A DNA stretch of 64,000 bases, taken from NCBI RefSeq assembly GCF_002571385.2, contig NW_019217796.1:62001-126000 (forward strand), given 5' to 3'. Source of the DNA: Stylophora pistillata (lineage: Eukaryota). Shown in pieces: positions 1 through 12,652 of the stretch. The position numbers and the translations under genes were made by a program. Each line of letters opens with the position of its first letter. Positions within the stretch are counted from its first letter, which is position 1. A model generated the notes under the pieces. The model worked only from the letters and a program-made list of their open reading frames with translations. It made no database searches and was not told the DNA's origin.

Positions 1-2304
1 TACAAATTTGAGATATGTTATCGATGTCAATCTTGCCATCCATGATTAAATGGTGAAAGTGTCAGCCTAGTTATCTTCAGAGCTATGGATCAAAGTAATA
101 TTATGAATTTCCTATTATCAAATATGTTGAGTGTACTGAATTGCAAAGTACATCATTGGAATTCAAATGATAGATTCTCCTCCATCAGATGCATGAACAC
201 GAGACAATGAATACTGCATTGCAAATCAATTGGCATTGAGAACTTCACTCTGATACATTTATCATTACGATTATTATAACCAGGAACCATGTGACTGTTT
301 TACCATTAACACTTGACACTTCATAACAACTTGATGTCATTGTCATCATCCTTATTCCGATCCTTTCCTTTATCAGGAACTCCTAAATGCAGACGACACA
401 AACAGATTCTTTCAACCAAAACAGTTGCTCTTTCTCAGTCACTGGACACAATAATGGAATCCTTGGTGCAGTATACCTTCAATCTCAGAAAGTTATGCCT
501 CAGTGAGCATATATTTTTACTATCTTGTGAGCAAACGGGAAGCAACCATATCGACCTGTTAATTAGAACAATAGAAATTAAATTAAAGGAGTCTAAAAGC
601 GACTTTGTGCGTTAATCAATAGAAGAAATCAAACACTGAAACTCCACACCTTTTTTCCTTAGATATAACTCGAGAAAAAGGTAGGAAAACAAAATGTTGG
701 CAATTTTCCGGGGACTCTGACACTATGCTACCTCAATCAGTTTATATCAATCCATCCGTCAAATTATACATTATCTCACTGAAACAGTTACAGTGCCTAT
801 AGCTGTTAAAATCACTACAATGAAATTTTTCCTATAGACGACATTTCTCGATCTTTCCTTCTCCGTTAAGCAGATGCTGTCAGGTCTTTGTCGATCTCGT
901 TTTTTACATGCCATCGTTGAGTTCAGTCTCAAAAGAAACTTCAACAAATTTTTTGGTGGAGGAAAAGAATTACTTTGCAGCTATTTTTTGCATATTTATG
1001 AGCGGATGCCTTAGACTACTAACAGTAAGAGACTGAGCACTAACACGCTTCACCCAGCGAGTCGTTTAGTCCGTCAGGCAGTCAATCTATCAACGGATCA
1101 ATCAATCATTTGAACCCATTGTCACCACCACGGTGTAGTGGATCATTGAAATGAACATTGGTTTTTATTCATTCCCTTCCTTCAGTCTCAATGTTGGTGA
1201 CGGGTGCTATGGAAAGGAGGGGAGGCATTTAAGATATCTAACCACAAAATCAGATTGTTACCAAACTATTTCTGAGAGCGTATTTGTACATAAAGCGGTG
1301 TAGATAAAGTAATCAATTATGACAGAATTCGGCATTTTATATACCTTTTTTTATATCACACCCATTTTGTTGAACCTGTATTTCGCGGTCACCCCCTCAT
1401 TAATACCCGTAGTGGCTGCTTTGAAAATACAGCCGGGTTCCAAAGTGTGTACTCTCCTTTACGCAGCGGTGGTTAAAAGAGTTCTTCATTTCCAATTATC
1501 TTTTACGCGCTCCTTACTCGGACCTCTGGCTCGCATATGAAGAGGAAGACTGAATCATATGCGTTAGAGAAAAAAAAAATTGATAGGTCGATTGACTGAC
1601 CGACTGACAAAACGAATAAATGACGGACTGACTTATCACTGATTAATTGATTGGTGAGGCGTGTGATTCCTTAGCATCTGATTTTCAGCTCTCGAGTATT
1701 TTCCCGGTACCGCAAAAATACGAGTACTCCACTAACATTGAAGTGAAAAGATCTTTTAGTATATTCTAAAGCAGTGAGATAATATACTTCAAAAAGAGGA
1801 TTTGAACTCGTTTATTTTTGAAACAATTAGAATAATCTCAGCTAGTTACTTAGATGTAAAGACCAAAGGATATTCCGGTTTTAAATAGCCAACCAAAACG
1901 TACCTTGGACGATATCTACTTCTTTAGCATATACTAATTATCAACTATATAAATATTAAATAAGATTCTATTTCTTCAGAAGGTAAAACTCATTTACCTA
2001 AAGTTATATTCTGTACGTGATAAAATATTAAATCGCTTTATTGATCTTTATAGCTCTGAGATAGTATATTAAAAATCACAAGAAAAGGTTAAAAATGAAA
2101 AACATTCATTTGTAGGTATAAATCTTTCTGAAGTAACTTTGATGTCATGAAATGATTCTCCTCTAAAGTCACATTTGATAAAAAAAAAATGGTTGAGACT
2201 ATGATGTCGTTATTTTTACTTATCTGAAAATTACAAAAGTCTTTACCTATGGAATTAAAAGAGGTTGAAAAAAGTAAACGAGTTTTCTCTTGTCGTGCAA
2301 GCTA

Positions 2305-2649
2305 CGAACTTAAGCAAACAAAAACTGCGACGGCAACGAGGACATGAAGAAACAAAAGATCTAATTGGTAGCACGATGGCGCAGCACGTGCGTTTTAAAA
2401 CTACTACAGTTTCAAGCCGTGCTTTGCAAAAAAACAACGTGAAATCACCAAATTCAGTGTGTCGTCTGCAAACGGAAACCGCGACGACAAATTGTTTCTA
2501 CATTTCTACATAGGCTGAAGTTGAGGTGTGGCGCCGTATGAGACGGTAAACCGTCATATGGTCATTTTCGAAATTCTAATTCAAAATAGAAGTTCGTTTT
2601 TTAATCGACATCTTCTCTAGCGTTACCGTCCTGACTGCTTAAGGACCCT
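2305..2649. mobile_element. MITE inserted in the 3' flank of copy A (absent at the homologous site in B, ~15175)
   Basis: CTTAAGCA..GACGGCAACG / CGTTACCGTC..TGCTTAAG inverted ends; flanks resume homology with 15170-15200. Confidence 0.7.
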
Positions 2650-4421
2650 AATGTTTCAAAACAGTTTCAATTGGGCAGATATAGATATTTTCCATGTAGA
2701 CTTAACCAAACGCAACATTTCCTGAGTAAGATTTTAGAAAATTGAATTAGAAGATATTTTGGTTTAATTTCAACAGCAAGCGATCTAAGTTTTGAATTCA
2801 TTTGTAGCATTTTCAAATCATGGTTTAAAAGCATATACGCCAGAGCAATGGACAGTATGGAAAATAGGATCAACATCACTACGTATGCAAATTACTACAC
2901 TTGACGTCTGAACGGGACTCGAGGGAAGCTGTTAACGATGATGTTTTTCCGGCGGAATTAATTCAAATCAAGCCACTGAAGCCTCGTTATCACTAATCAG
3001 CAAATCACAATCGTAGTAAAAGCAAGGTGGAGGCTAATCTTTAAGTTGTCAACTCCGAAGGCGTCCAATCGGAAGACACAAGAATCACTATTTACTTATG
3101 GGTGCTTACATGTTCGCCGGAAAGTTTTTAAAAAAGTCCACTGGTCTAATTTGCATTTCAGTTGATGTTGGAGCACTACCCTCGGCACTGTTTGGAACTA
3201 ATTTTCCCAGTGGATATCGGCTCCGGTCTCATTTCCACAACGCGGGTAAATACCGTTGAGATTTGACGAAATACAACGACCACACCTGTTGTCATACCAC
3301 CAGCCTCCGCCTCGTTTTTGGGCACAATCTTTAGGATCGCTATCGCGGGTACCAAAACCGAAATCTCTGTGAGGACCGAGGGAATCAGAAGAACCAGTCG
3401 CATCTGTTCCAAAATAGAATAAGGAAGTAGCATGAGATAGCACACTGCAGCCTAAAGCTTATTTTTTGACGTAAAACAAACAAACGGACAGAACAAAATT
3501 TAACTCAAACAATAGCGACATACTGTTTCGATGAAATAAGTTTTTCTGACCATCATATCGCGCTGATTCGATTTAATTAGCGTCCAGTGTGCTTATTTAA
3601 TTTTGGCACCCTGGAGGAGGGTACTAGTTCGAAGAGGGGGCTTATTAGGGGCAGCGCGCTTAATTCCTTTCTGAGAAACAGCTGAATGTGAAAAAAAAAA
3701 GCTTTAATGCTTATTCGTAAAGGATAAAAGAGACTGGAAAACGGACTTATTGTCCCTAGATCCTTCCTTGCTAGAACGACTAGCCAAGAAATAGTCGAAA
3801 ATTTAAAGACGGGATCTTTCGATTGAAGGAACCGTGCACTCTCGCCAAGGTTTTGTCAAAACTGATTGGACGTAACCCTACCCAGAGCATTTTATACCCT
3901 ACAGAGCCAGGGGAATATATGTTCTATGCACCATGCCTTTTAAAGTGGTTAGAGTTAAGTACTTCTGTTATCACCAGAGACAATACCAATCGTAATAATT
4001 TTATCTTGACGAGTTACTGGCTATATAGGTTACTGTTTTAGCTATTCTTTGGTCTTAGCTATCCTTTGTTACTGTTTTAGCTATTCTTTGGTCACGTTCA
4101 AAAAGGCTCCAAACGCGGTTAAAATTGCACGAAATACATTTTAAGGGTTTACTCTACATTCTTAAATATGTCGAAGGGAAACTAATATTTTGTTGGAGTG
4201 GACATTTCACTTCCGCAGTAATGAAAGTAATTTTTTAGGGCCAACCTTCATTCGAGAACGCGAAAGTTCGTGAGAACTGCGTAGATATAACATTGAGGCT
4301 AAATTTGTGATTGGCTTCGACTTCAGATATGGGATTTGTCATTTAGTGGTGATGTCGTTATTCTTACATTCACTGGAATCTGAAACGGTGAATAATTAGA
4401 CTTGGTTCCATGTAGTCCTAT

Positions 4422-4880
4422 TTACAGGTATTTTAGGGAAATCATTGCGTACAGTACCAGTGGTCTACATTTTACCGATTTCCTTTCGTCTGTTGCATAA
4501 ATAGCCCGGGCAATATCAGCTTCCCTGCTGAGGTCTGTCACGGCGGGAAATGTCTCCCAGCCGGTCAGCGGAGCAGTTAAGCCGCACAGTTTTCGTAGCA
4601 AAACCATCAGCAAAATTGTATCGAAGGAACAGGACGGCACTGAAGTAGATCTGGCTGAGAAAAGCTGTCCCCATTGTGTTGCATTAATGAACCTCTTCGT
4701 TTTAAGAGATTGTAGTTTGGATTTGTTTGCCGCCAAAACTGTGTGTAAACTTGTTGGTGCATGAATGGCATCTAACCTATCTCGAAGACCTTGGGTTCCA
4801 ATATAAACCAGCAGACGGCACAACTTGGCATAGTTTATTGTCTCCTTTGTGGATGAAGTAGTCGGTGCAGCTGTAGCCAT
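4422..4880 (-). pseudogene. Truncated DZIP3-like HEPN domain (N-terminal effector typical of cnidarian NLR/STAND proteins)
   Basis: NYAKLCRLLVYIGTQGLRD..LQSLK..INATQWGQLF..SFDTILLMVLLRKLCGLTAPLTGW..P..TDLSREADIAR matches the HEPN_DZIP3 pattern. Homology stops at ~4505, immediately before the expected RNxxxxH motif. An acceptor (CAACAG) lies just upstream of the ATG. Confidence 0.85.
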
Positions 4881-5659
4881 GTGTGAATCCTGTTGGTTAA
4901 TAATTAGTTCATGCTCAGTATGAGTAAAATAGCATGATGGATCTAAGCAGACAGTTAAGGGAGCTCGATGAAGAATGCGTAAAGCTTACTGCAAGTTCTT
5001 GAATGCTGTTTGTATATTCCCCATATGCACTCTTAGTTCATACAATTAGAAAATGTTTGGATAAATTTAGAAACCGCGCCTTGTCCGCTTTATTTCTGTT
5101 TGCTCTTCTCTTTACATAGTTTGTAGCATAATTTGGAAAAACAAGCTTAACTTTTGGTCTGTTTCTTAAAGTAACACTGCTGGAAAAAGCTGCAATTTTT
5201 TTGTTTAGATTTTGTTTTGTTTTTTGGTGTTTTGGTGTTTTTGTGCTTTTGTTAGGGAAAATTACCAGTCATGAATTGGTTATAACTGGTAATTATGAAG
5301 CTATTTTCAATTTTACAATGTCTTAGGGAAGAGGGTTACCGCAGCGCTGAGTCGTTCCACGTCTATAACAATCTAAACACACCGGAAGTAAAGATTGCGT
5401 CCTTCCCAGTTCCCGCTTTCGCAGGCAACATGTGGCATCGAAGAGAAATGAGGTATTGGACATCTTGACAATAAGGTCACCGCGTCTTGTCTGGAATTTA
5501 GTGCAGAGCAAGTATGTAACTCAAAATTAAGTAGATACCATGCTTTACATAATTTCGACTTGCGTTGTGTTCCTTTTTCAAAAACCAAACTTTGAGGAAA
5601 AGGAACAAAATTTCAAAAAGGTGCACAATTTTGAGCATAAACTAGAAAAAAATCGACCA

Positions 5660-5850
5660 TTTGTGCGATGCAGATTACAGCAGAAGTTTCTGCTGTAATC
5701 TGCGATGCAGATTACAGCATCATTTTCTCCAGATTGTGATGATTACTGTATCATTTTCTCCAGATTGGGATTTTACAGCATCATTTTCTCCAGATTGTGA
5801 TGATTACTGCATCATTACTGCATCATTTTCTCCAGATTGTGATGATTGTA
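5660..5850 (+). repeat. ~30-bp minisatellite
   Basis: CATCATTTTCTCCAGATTGTGATGATTACTG x4. Confidence 0.85.
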
Positions 5851-7660
5851 CCGAAGAAAAAATCACCCGAGAGGTTGATAATTGGATAACTAATGATGCA
5901 GAACGGTGGCTGATGCTTTTGATGGCAACTGGGCTGTGAAGTTAGTGGGCTCAAGCCGTGCAATTGATATCTAAAATATGACTCACCTAGAAACGTAAAT
6001 TGTACGGTGGTTTGTAGTCTTAGGGAAGAGTACAATCACATCATTTGAAACTTAATTAAAAAATCATAAATTCAAGTCGGAATTGATCGCTGGAGGTGTT
6101 GACCTCATAACAAACTCTGCTACTGACAGAAAAATTTGTTTACGATATGCACTGAACTGTAAGCAGCAAAGTCACTGATAATAGAAAGGAAGAAGTAAGA
6201 TGGCTTTGGAAACAAACCTGTAATAGACCACAACACAAGGTTTTACGTAAGAAGCATTTCAACTAGCCATCATTTTACTCACGCGTACGGTAACTTGAAG
6301 TGGAACCAAGTACTTTCGGTTTAGTAATCAATTGGCTATTCACGAACACACCGCAGTGGTACGTTTTGGTGACGTCACAGTGGTCAGTGGTCATCAACTT
6401 TAGGCCGCTGAGCGCTTCGATGTGTTAGTCGAGTTAGGTCGATGAGAATATCGGCTTTTGCGTGGCTTTAACTTGGAAAATAACCCACATACATTTTCTT
6501 TTGATAGATTCGAACCCTTGAATGGGTCATACTAAAACCACGTCGTAACGAAGAGCGGTAGAGGGGAGTCATTCTATTTGGAGTTGTGTGCTGTGATCGT
6601 GGAATTGTTTGGGGTTCTTCAGTCGCCCTTGCCTTCAGAATGGTCAAAAAGAGCAAAAGTTGGTTCTGTAAAATATTTTCCAGCGAATTTGAAGACTTTT
6701 TGGATTTTTTAGTGTAATTAGCATGAAGCAATACAGGTATAGGTGAGTATCTCTTGTTGTGTTGTGAAAATTATCACACTCACTTTGAATTTGCTCCGAA
6801 ATGCGGTGCCTGTTCATTTTGGAAATAATTCGCTTTGTTTAGAATTTTGCCTTTATAGATTTTTTTTTTTCGCCATTCCACCTTTCTTAATTTCTGTGCC
6901 TTTTGGAACGAGTGAAGTCAATTTTTGTGCCTTTCGTCCGCAACCAAAGTATGAAAACATTTGTTCATATCTTATACTTGCAGGTTTGTCAACAAGTTGC
7001 TTCCATGCTCGTGAATGGAAGAACGCTTGTTAAAGCTCATCTAATGGTTAAATGCTCATCTAATACGAAGAGGGTGGAAATGGAAAAAAAAAATCATTTG
7101 TTTGATGCGTCAAGCCTCGACAAAGATTACTTAAGGCGATTATTTCAGGGCGCTGAAAATATAACATTGAGACCGTCCAACATGATCGGTTCACTTACAA
7201 TTTTTTTCGCATATAATCTTTATTGTTATCAGTTGATTGAAGATGTCTATTATATGTCTTTAATACGCTTGCTTATACTTGTCACTACTTTATTTGTTTA
7301 CACGAAAGCGTTCTCAGTGAACTCACTAGGTTATTTTATTATTATTTTTTTTATTACTCAGTCAATTGAAAACATAACCTTTATTAACGTGTCTAGTCGT
7401 TTTAGTGCCTGTAGGCATTAATATTAGACCTAAGTATTTTGGAATTATTTATAACCTTACATTAATATTAGTAATATTTAATACTCGTATATATTTAAGA
7501 ACTCTTGAACTTTGGAACTTTGGACTGTTCATTAATAATTAGCTGGGGCCAAGCCCACGTGCGTTAGCACTTTTATTTTGTAACTTAGTGGTTTGTTATG
7601 AATAAACCCTTTTCAAAACTTAAAAATATAGACCTATATAAATATATAAAGACATAGATA

Positions 7661-7908
7661 GCTCTCGCTTGGCTTTACCTTTTGGCTACCTTGCGATTGA
7701 GCACTCTACACTGGGGTTGCCATGCACTTAGCCTTCGGGCGAAGCTCATCACCTTAGTTGTGATTTGAGCACTCTCGCATGGCAACATGTCTGCACTTGG
7801 TCCCACAAGTGTAGCGCCCAGGCAATGGTTTATTCCAGAGCTTGGCCCAGTGTCTGCACTGCACTGATGAGACCCACATAGGTCGAAACAGTGTGCACTG
7901 TCTGCAGT
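7661..7908 (+). mobile_element. Non-LTR retrozyme-like monomer (~250 nt) flanked by TA-rich/(TA)n sequence
   Basis: GC-richer non-coding block ending in the hammerhead, bounded by a TA-rich tract on the left and (TA)n plus the assembly gap on the right. Confidence 0.7.
7858..7908 (+). ncRNA. Type I hammerhead ribozyme
   Basis: Stem I ACTGCA(7858-63)/TGCAGT(7903-08); core CTGATGA (7864-70); stem II GACC-CACATA-GGTC; GAAA (7885-88); stem III ACAGT-GTGC-ACTGT; GUC cleavage triplet ending at C7902. All core nucleotides are conserved. Confidence 0.92.
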
Positions 7909-7929
7909 TATATATATATATATATATAG

Positions 7930-8686
7930 NNNNNNNNNNNNNNNNNNNNNNNNNNNNNNNNNNNNNNNNNNNNNNNNNNNNNNNNNNNNNNNNNNNNNNN
8001 NNNNNNNNNNNNNNNNNNNNNNNNNNNNNNNNNNNNNNNNNNNNNNNNNNNNNNNNNNNNNNNNNNNNNNNNNNNNNNNNNNNNNNNNNNNNNNNNNNNN
8101 NNNNNNNNNNNNNNNNNNNNNNNNNNNNNNNNNNNNNNNNNNNNNNNNNNNNNNNNNNNNNNNNNNNNNNNNNNNNNNNNNNNNNNNNNNNNNNNNNNNN
8201 NNNNNNNNNNNNNNNNNNNNNNNNNNNNNNNNNNNNNNNNNNNNNNNNNNNNNNNNNNNNNNNNNNNNNNNNNNNNNNNNNNNNNNNNNNNNNNNNNNNN
8301 NNNNNNNNNNNNNNNNNNNNNNNNNNNNNNNNNNNNNNNNNNNNNNNNNNNNNNNNNNNNNNNNNNNNNNNNNNNNNNNNNNNNNNNNNNNNNNNNNNNN
8401 NNNNNNNNNNNNNNNNNNNNNNNNNNNNNNNNNNNNNNNNNNNNNNNNNNNNNNNNNNNNNNNNNNNNNNNNNNNNNNNNNNNNNNNNNNNNNNNNNNNN
8501 NNNNNNNNNNNNNNNNNNNNNNNNNNNNNNNNNNNNNNNNNNNNNNNNNNNNNNNNNNNNNNNNNNNNNNNNNNNNNNNNNNNNNNNNNNNNNNNNNNNN
8601 NNNNNNNNNNNNNNNNNNNNNNNNNNNNNNNNNNNNNNNNNNNNNNNNNNNNNNNNNNNNNNNNNNNNNNNNNNNNNNNNNNNNNN
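7930..8686. other. Assembly gap (N run)
   Basis: About 757 consecutive N. Confidence 1.
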
Positions 8687-8893
8687 GACTGATGAAGAAG
8701 GCCGGCAAAAGTCAAATATAAAAACACAGCTGTGCAGTTTTGATTGGGAGCTCCCTGTCCGTACACAATCTTTTGTTTTTTATGTCGTTTAACCCTAAGT
8801 AATGATGGAAAGTTTCCACCGGTCAGTAAGTTCAAAATGTAAGTTCACATACAAAACCTAAAATAGTAGGAAAATGACAGTTTTCTTTCATTT

Positions 8894-9138
8894 CTGGGCC
8901 CAGTTGTTCGAAGGCCGATTAGCGCTAATCCAAAGTTAAATTTTAATCCAGGTTTCTATATTCTTTGTTCAAAAGCTGTTTTGGGATAATTTTCCCAATT
9001 CTTTTTAGCTCATTCAATCATCAAATATTGTAAACAAGTGGAAATAAACTTAATTTTCTGTTAAAGCTTTCGGATCTGAAATCAAATTTCACACTAACCC
9101 TGGGTTATCTTAACCCACCTTTGAACAACTCGACCCTG
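8894..9138. mobile_element. MITE
   Basis: Imperfect TIRs CTGGGCCCAGTTGTTCGAAG / CTTTGAACAACTCGACCCTG. Confidence 0.65.
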
Positions 9139-9874
9139 TTAAAGAACGTAACGTTACGATAGCGCGTGCAGTATGTTGCGCGCGCATGTACACATTGTTC
9201 TGTCTTTTAAATTTCGGTGGATTGAAACCGTTATTTCTGGCAGTTACCTGACGATTGCTTCGCAAGAGGCATGAAACTCAGAGTTGCAGTAAAAGTTCAA
9301 GTACCCTAAATCTTGAGGTATAATTATGTATATAATTGTGCGGGATAGTCGTAAATGCTGTTAGAAAGTGCTCAATACACCTAAGTGTAGAGCGAAAAAC
9401 AATTCAAACTGACTAAAATGAAACACACATGACTCCCTATTTTGGAGTTGTTTGCCGCAATGAATAGGAAAAAAAAACCACAACAACAGCAGAAACAAAG
9501 GAACCACCACCAACCACAACAACAACGAAAACAGAAATAACTCAAATAACGGTAACCGTTATATACTGTTTGCAATATATTGGGGCTGTATGCGTTGATG
9601 ATTTCATCTGGAGAGTCACATAGTGCCAGAAAGAGCATAACAGAGCCTGACGGAGAGAAATTTGATTCAGATACGGTGTAAAGTTAATCCCTGGGGTAGA
9701 TCCAGGTAACATTAGTAAGAGAGAGTTCGGATAAACATCCACCGAAGGCATACATGCAGTCCTGGGAAGAGGAGGGAGAAATAGGTGGCATGCTGCCCCT
9801 GAAAATTCTGGTGAAAGGTGATTTCTAGCGTTTTGGGGATAGATGACAGAAACTGCACTTGCTTTGACGTTTTA

Positions 9875-11050
9875 AATGGATGGTAGATGAGGATAGATGC
9901 AGGTAAAAGATGGTAAAAGAGATGAGATAAAGGTGGATGGAGGTGAATGTCGGTAGATGGATGTGGACTGCTGAAAATATTTGTTCACTTAGGTAAATGA
10001 AAGCAGATGAAGTATAATGAAGGTAAATAGTTGCAGATTTAGGAGATGAAGTAAACGATAGTTAGATATAGGACAATGAAGGAAGATGAAGGAAGATGAA
10101 GGAAGATGAAGGAAGATGAAGGTAGACGAAGGTAAATAAAGATAATGGAAGGTGATCAAGGCAAATCATGATAGAATAAGAAGTATAAAGTAGATTAAGG
10201 TAGATGGAGGTAAATTTATTGTAAATACAGGTTGATGAGGATAGATGGGGGTAAGGAAAGGTAAAAGATGGCGAATTAAGATAGATGAACGTAAATGAGG
10301 CAAATAAAGGACACTGAAGGTAAACGATGGTGAATTCAGTGAAATGAAGTAATCTTTATAAAGGAAAATGGAGGTGGACGAATGTAGATGATGGTAGATA
10401 AAGGAAGATGAAAGTAGAAGAAGGTTGGTGAAAGTAGAAGAAGGTTGATGAAAGTAGAAGAAGGTTGATGAAAGTAGAAGAAGGTTGATGAAAGTAGAAA
10501 AAAGTTAGATAAAGGTACGCGATTGCATTGGAAGTTGGATGAACGTAAATGATTGTAGATGAACATGTCTAAACGTAAATGAAGGTAAATAGTTGTAGTT
10601 GAAAGTGAATAAAGGGAGATAAAAGTCGATGAGGGTCAATGATGATTGACGAAGGTAGATCAAGGAAGATGAGGGTAGACACATGTAAATAACGGTAACT
10701 GAAGATATCTGAAGGTATATGAAGGTAGGTGAAGGCAAGTGAAAACAGATGAAGGTAAATTTAGGCAAGTAATTAAGGGTAGATAAAAGTACCTGAACGT
10801 ATACATTAAGGAAGATATAGGTAGATGATGGTTAATGAATGTAAACGAAGGTAAATGAAGGCAGACGAAATCAAATAAAGGTAAATGGACGTGGGTGAAG
10901 CTAAATTAATACAAATGAAGGCGAATGTGGATAGAGGTAAGGGATGGTAGAAAAAGGTGATGAAGATAAATAAGCGTAAGTAAACACAAATAATACATAT
11001 GGGGGTAAATAAATGTAGATGTGGGTATATGAAGGGAAATGAATGTATAC
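9875..11050 (+). repeat. Purine-rich degenerate ~10-bp array (GATGAAGGTA-like)
   Basis: Tandem GGAAGATGAA, AAGGTTGATGAAAGTAGAAG and similar units. Confidence 0.9.
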
Positions 11051-11629
11051 TTCATGTGAATATGTAAATTATAAACTGAAACTCTTTTTTTTTTTTGTTA
11101 CTTAGATGCTTTCTAAATTATAATGTGCCAGAGACAAAAAAAAAATGTAAATGAAATACCTCACTTGGGAAGAAACGGACAAGACAATGTTGTAGCTTTT
11201 TGTAGGGGATGAAGGCTCTCAAATAAATATTTATTTCGGTAACTTTCAGCATCAAAGAAACGGAATTTAGGACAAGAAATTTTCGAAAGTGATAAAGCTC
11301 TTTTTTTGTTTGTCCTGTTTACTCATTTCAAGTGGTCTGGAGTTCAACTTCTCTCCCCGTTACAGTTTGATGAACGCTCTTCGAGAGGTCTTGAATTATT
11401 CGCTATTGTTAACTTTATCACGCCTTGGGATTTACATCACGCATCAAACCGTTTGATTGACAGCCGTTGAATCTGCAAGGGGACCAGAGTATTCCCAAAG
11501 CTTAATCGGTTGACCAATTACAACCAACTTGTTCTGTATATGCAAATTGTTATGCCGCGCATCAAGAAACTGGTCACTGCAAGTACACGTCGCGAAAGAC
11601 AGCATTCTGGGCGATTTTGCGTTGCCCAT

Positions 11630-11762
11630 CAGGGATCATTTCCGGTATGGGATAATTTGCGGTCCAATTTGGGGATCCTTTGCGGTCCGGATCATTTGCG
11701 GTCCTGGAATCATTTGCGGTCCTGGGATCATTTGCGGTCCTGAGATCATTTGCGGACCCGTA
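11630..11762 (+). repeat. 18-bp tandem repeat
   Basis: GGATCATTTGCGGTCC(TG) x~7. Confidence 0.85.
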
Positions 11763-12212
11763 GAGACTTTTTTTGTAACGCGTGCAGTGTCACCAGTCAA
11801 CTTTTAATAGGAAAAACTCTAAAGAAGATTAAGAAGAAATTGAAAAGGAAACTTCAACCAGCCTTCAGTTTTCTTATACACAGTGGACCGGTAGCACCAC
11901 AAGCGTGAAAAGGACCGTATCGACAAAGCAGCCACGGAGAAAAGGTATGGAGACTTCATACGATATATCCCTCTCTTTTATTATCCTTTTCAATTTTTCT
12001 GAACTTTTTTTATAATTTTTCCTATCATACAATTGACTGGTGACACCGCAAGTGTTACAGAGAAAGTCGCCGAATTAGCGTTAAACGATCGTTGGCAACA
12101 AAGCGGCCACGGAAAAAAAGGTAAGGATGCTTCAAACGTTTTATTTGTAGCAATTATAATCCTTTTAAATATTTTTAAATTGGTTTTATAATTTTTCCTT
12201 TTCTTAACGGCA
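11762..12212. repeat. Internal fragment of the same foldback family
   Basis: Shares GCGTGAAAAGGACCGTA..CAAAGCAGC..GGAGACTTCATACGATAT and TGACTGGTGACACCGCA with 34660-35090. Confidence 0.7.
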
Positions 12213-12400
12213 CACACATACGAAATAACTATTATTTATTATCATTATTATTATTATTATTATTATTATTTTATAAAATCAAATGGACTGCAGTGACAGT
12301 TAGAGGACAGTGACATCATCAGTAAATCAACCAATCAATCAATCAATTTGATCTATTTTATCGATCACTACTTCAATTTCCGACATAAAGATATAACGAG

Positions 12401-12652
12401 GGCGTTGGGTAAAATCTGGACTGGACTTGACTATTTTTTGAACCCTAGTTTAATTTGGACCATTTTTTTTACCATTTTTTGACCAATTTTTTTAACAATT
12501 TTTGGACCATTTTTTGGACCATTTTGTAAGGGGGGAAGCACACCATTAGTACTCAGGGAGGAGTGGGTGCAGTCTATAAGTACCAAGGAAGGGGCGGGAG
12601 GCAGAGTGTTATTACTCAGGGAGGAGTGGGAGGTGGTTGTAATTGTAAACAC
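12401..12652 (+). mobile_element. Solo TIR of the same MULE family
   Basis: GGTAAAATCTGGACTGGACT..TTTTTGGACCA repeats..GGAAGCACACCATTAGTACTCAGGGAG..GTAAACAC matches 35807-35970. Confidence 0.75.

Larger units (their letters stand above)
3128..9646 (-). pseudogene. FReD copy A pseudogene: last exon 3403-~3128, signal exon 9646-~9540; main fibrinogen exon not visible
   Basis: The last exon (DSLGPHRDFGFGTRDSDPKDCAQKRGGGWWY..SNLNGIYPRC..) has a 1-nt deletion after HWE (premature TAG) and another at the stop. The signal exon has a 2-nt deletion (CTT TAT>CTA T) and is truncated. Intron and 3' flank are homologous to copy B. Confidence 0.85.

Noticed and set aside
780-914. Coding exon MACKKRDR..NFIVVILTAIGTVTVS (type II membrane-like)
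   Set aside because: The frame is not kept in the paralogous block at 28.5 kb, and the next candidate exon gives a stop in the required phase.
8687-8715. Second hammerhead after the gap (CTGATGAAG)
   Set aside because: No stem II or GAAA box follows.
7675-8835. Long ORFs of 266-386 aa
   Set aside because: Artefacts of translating through the N gap.
11630-11762. CRISPR-like array (also 5660-5850 and 36436-36520)
   Set aside because: Head-to-tail repeats without unique spacers, no cas genes, eukaryotic context.
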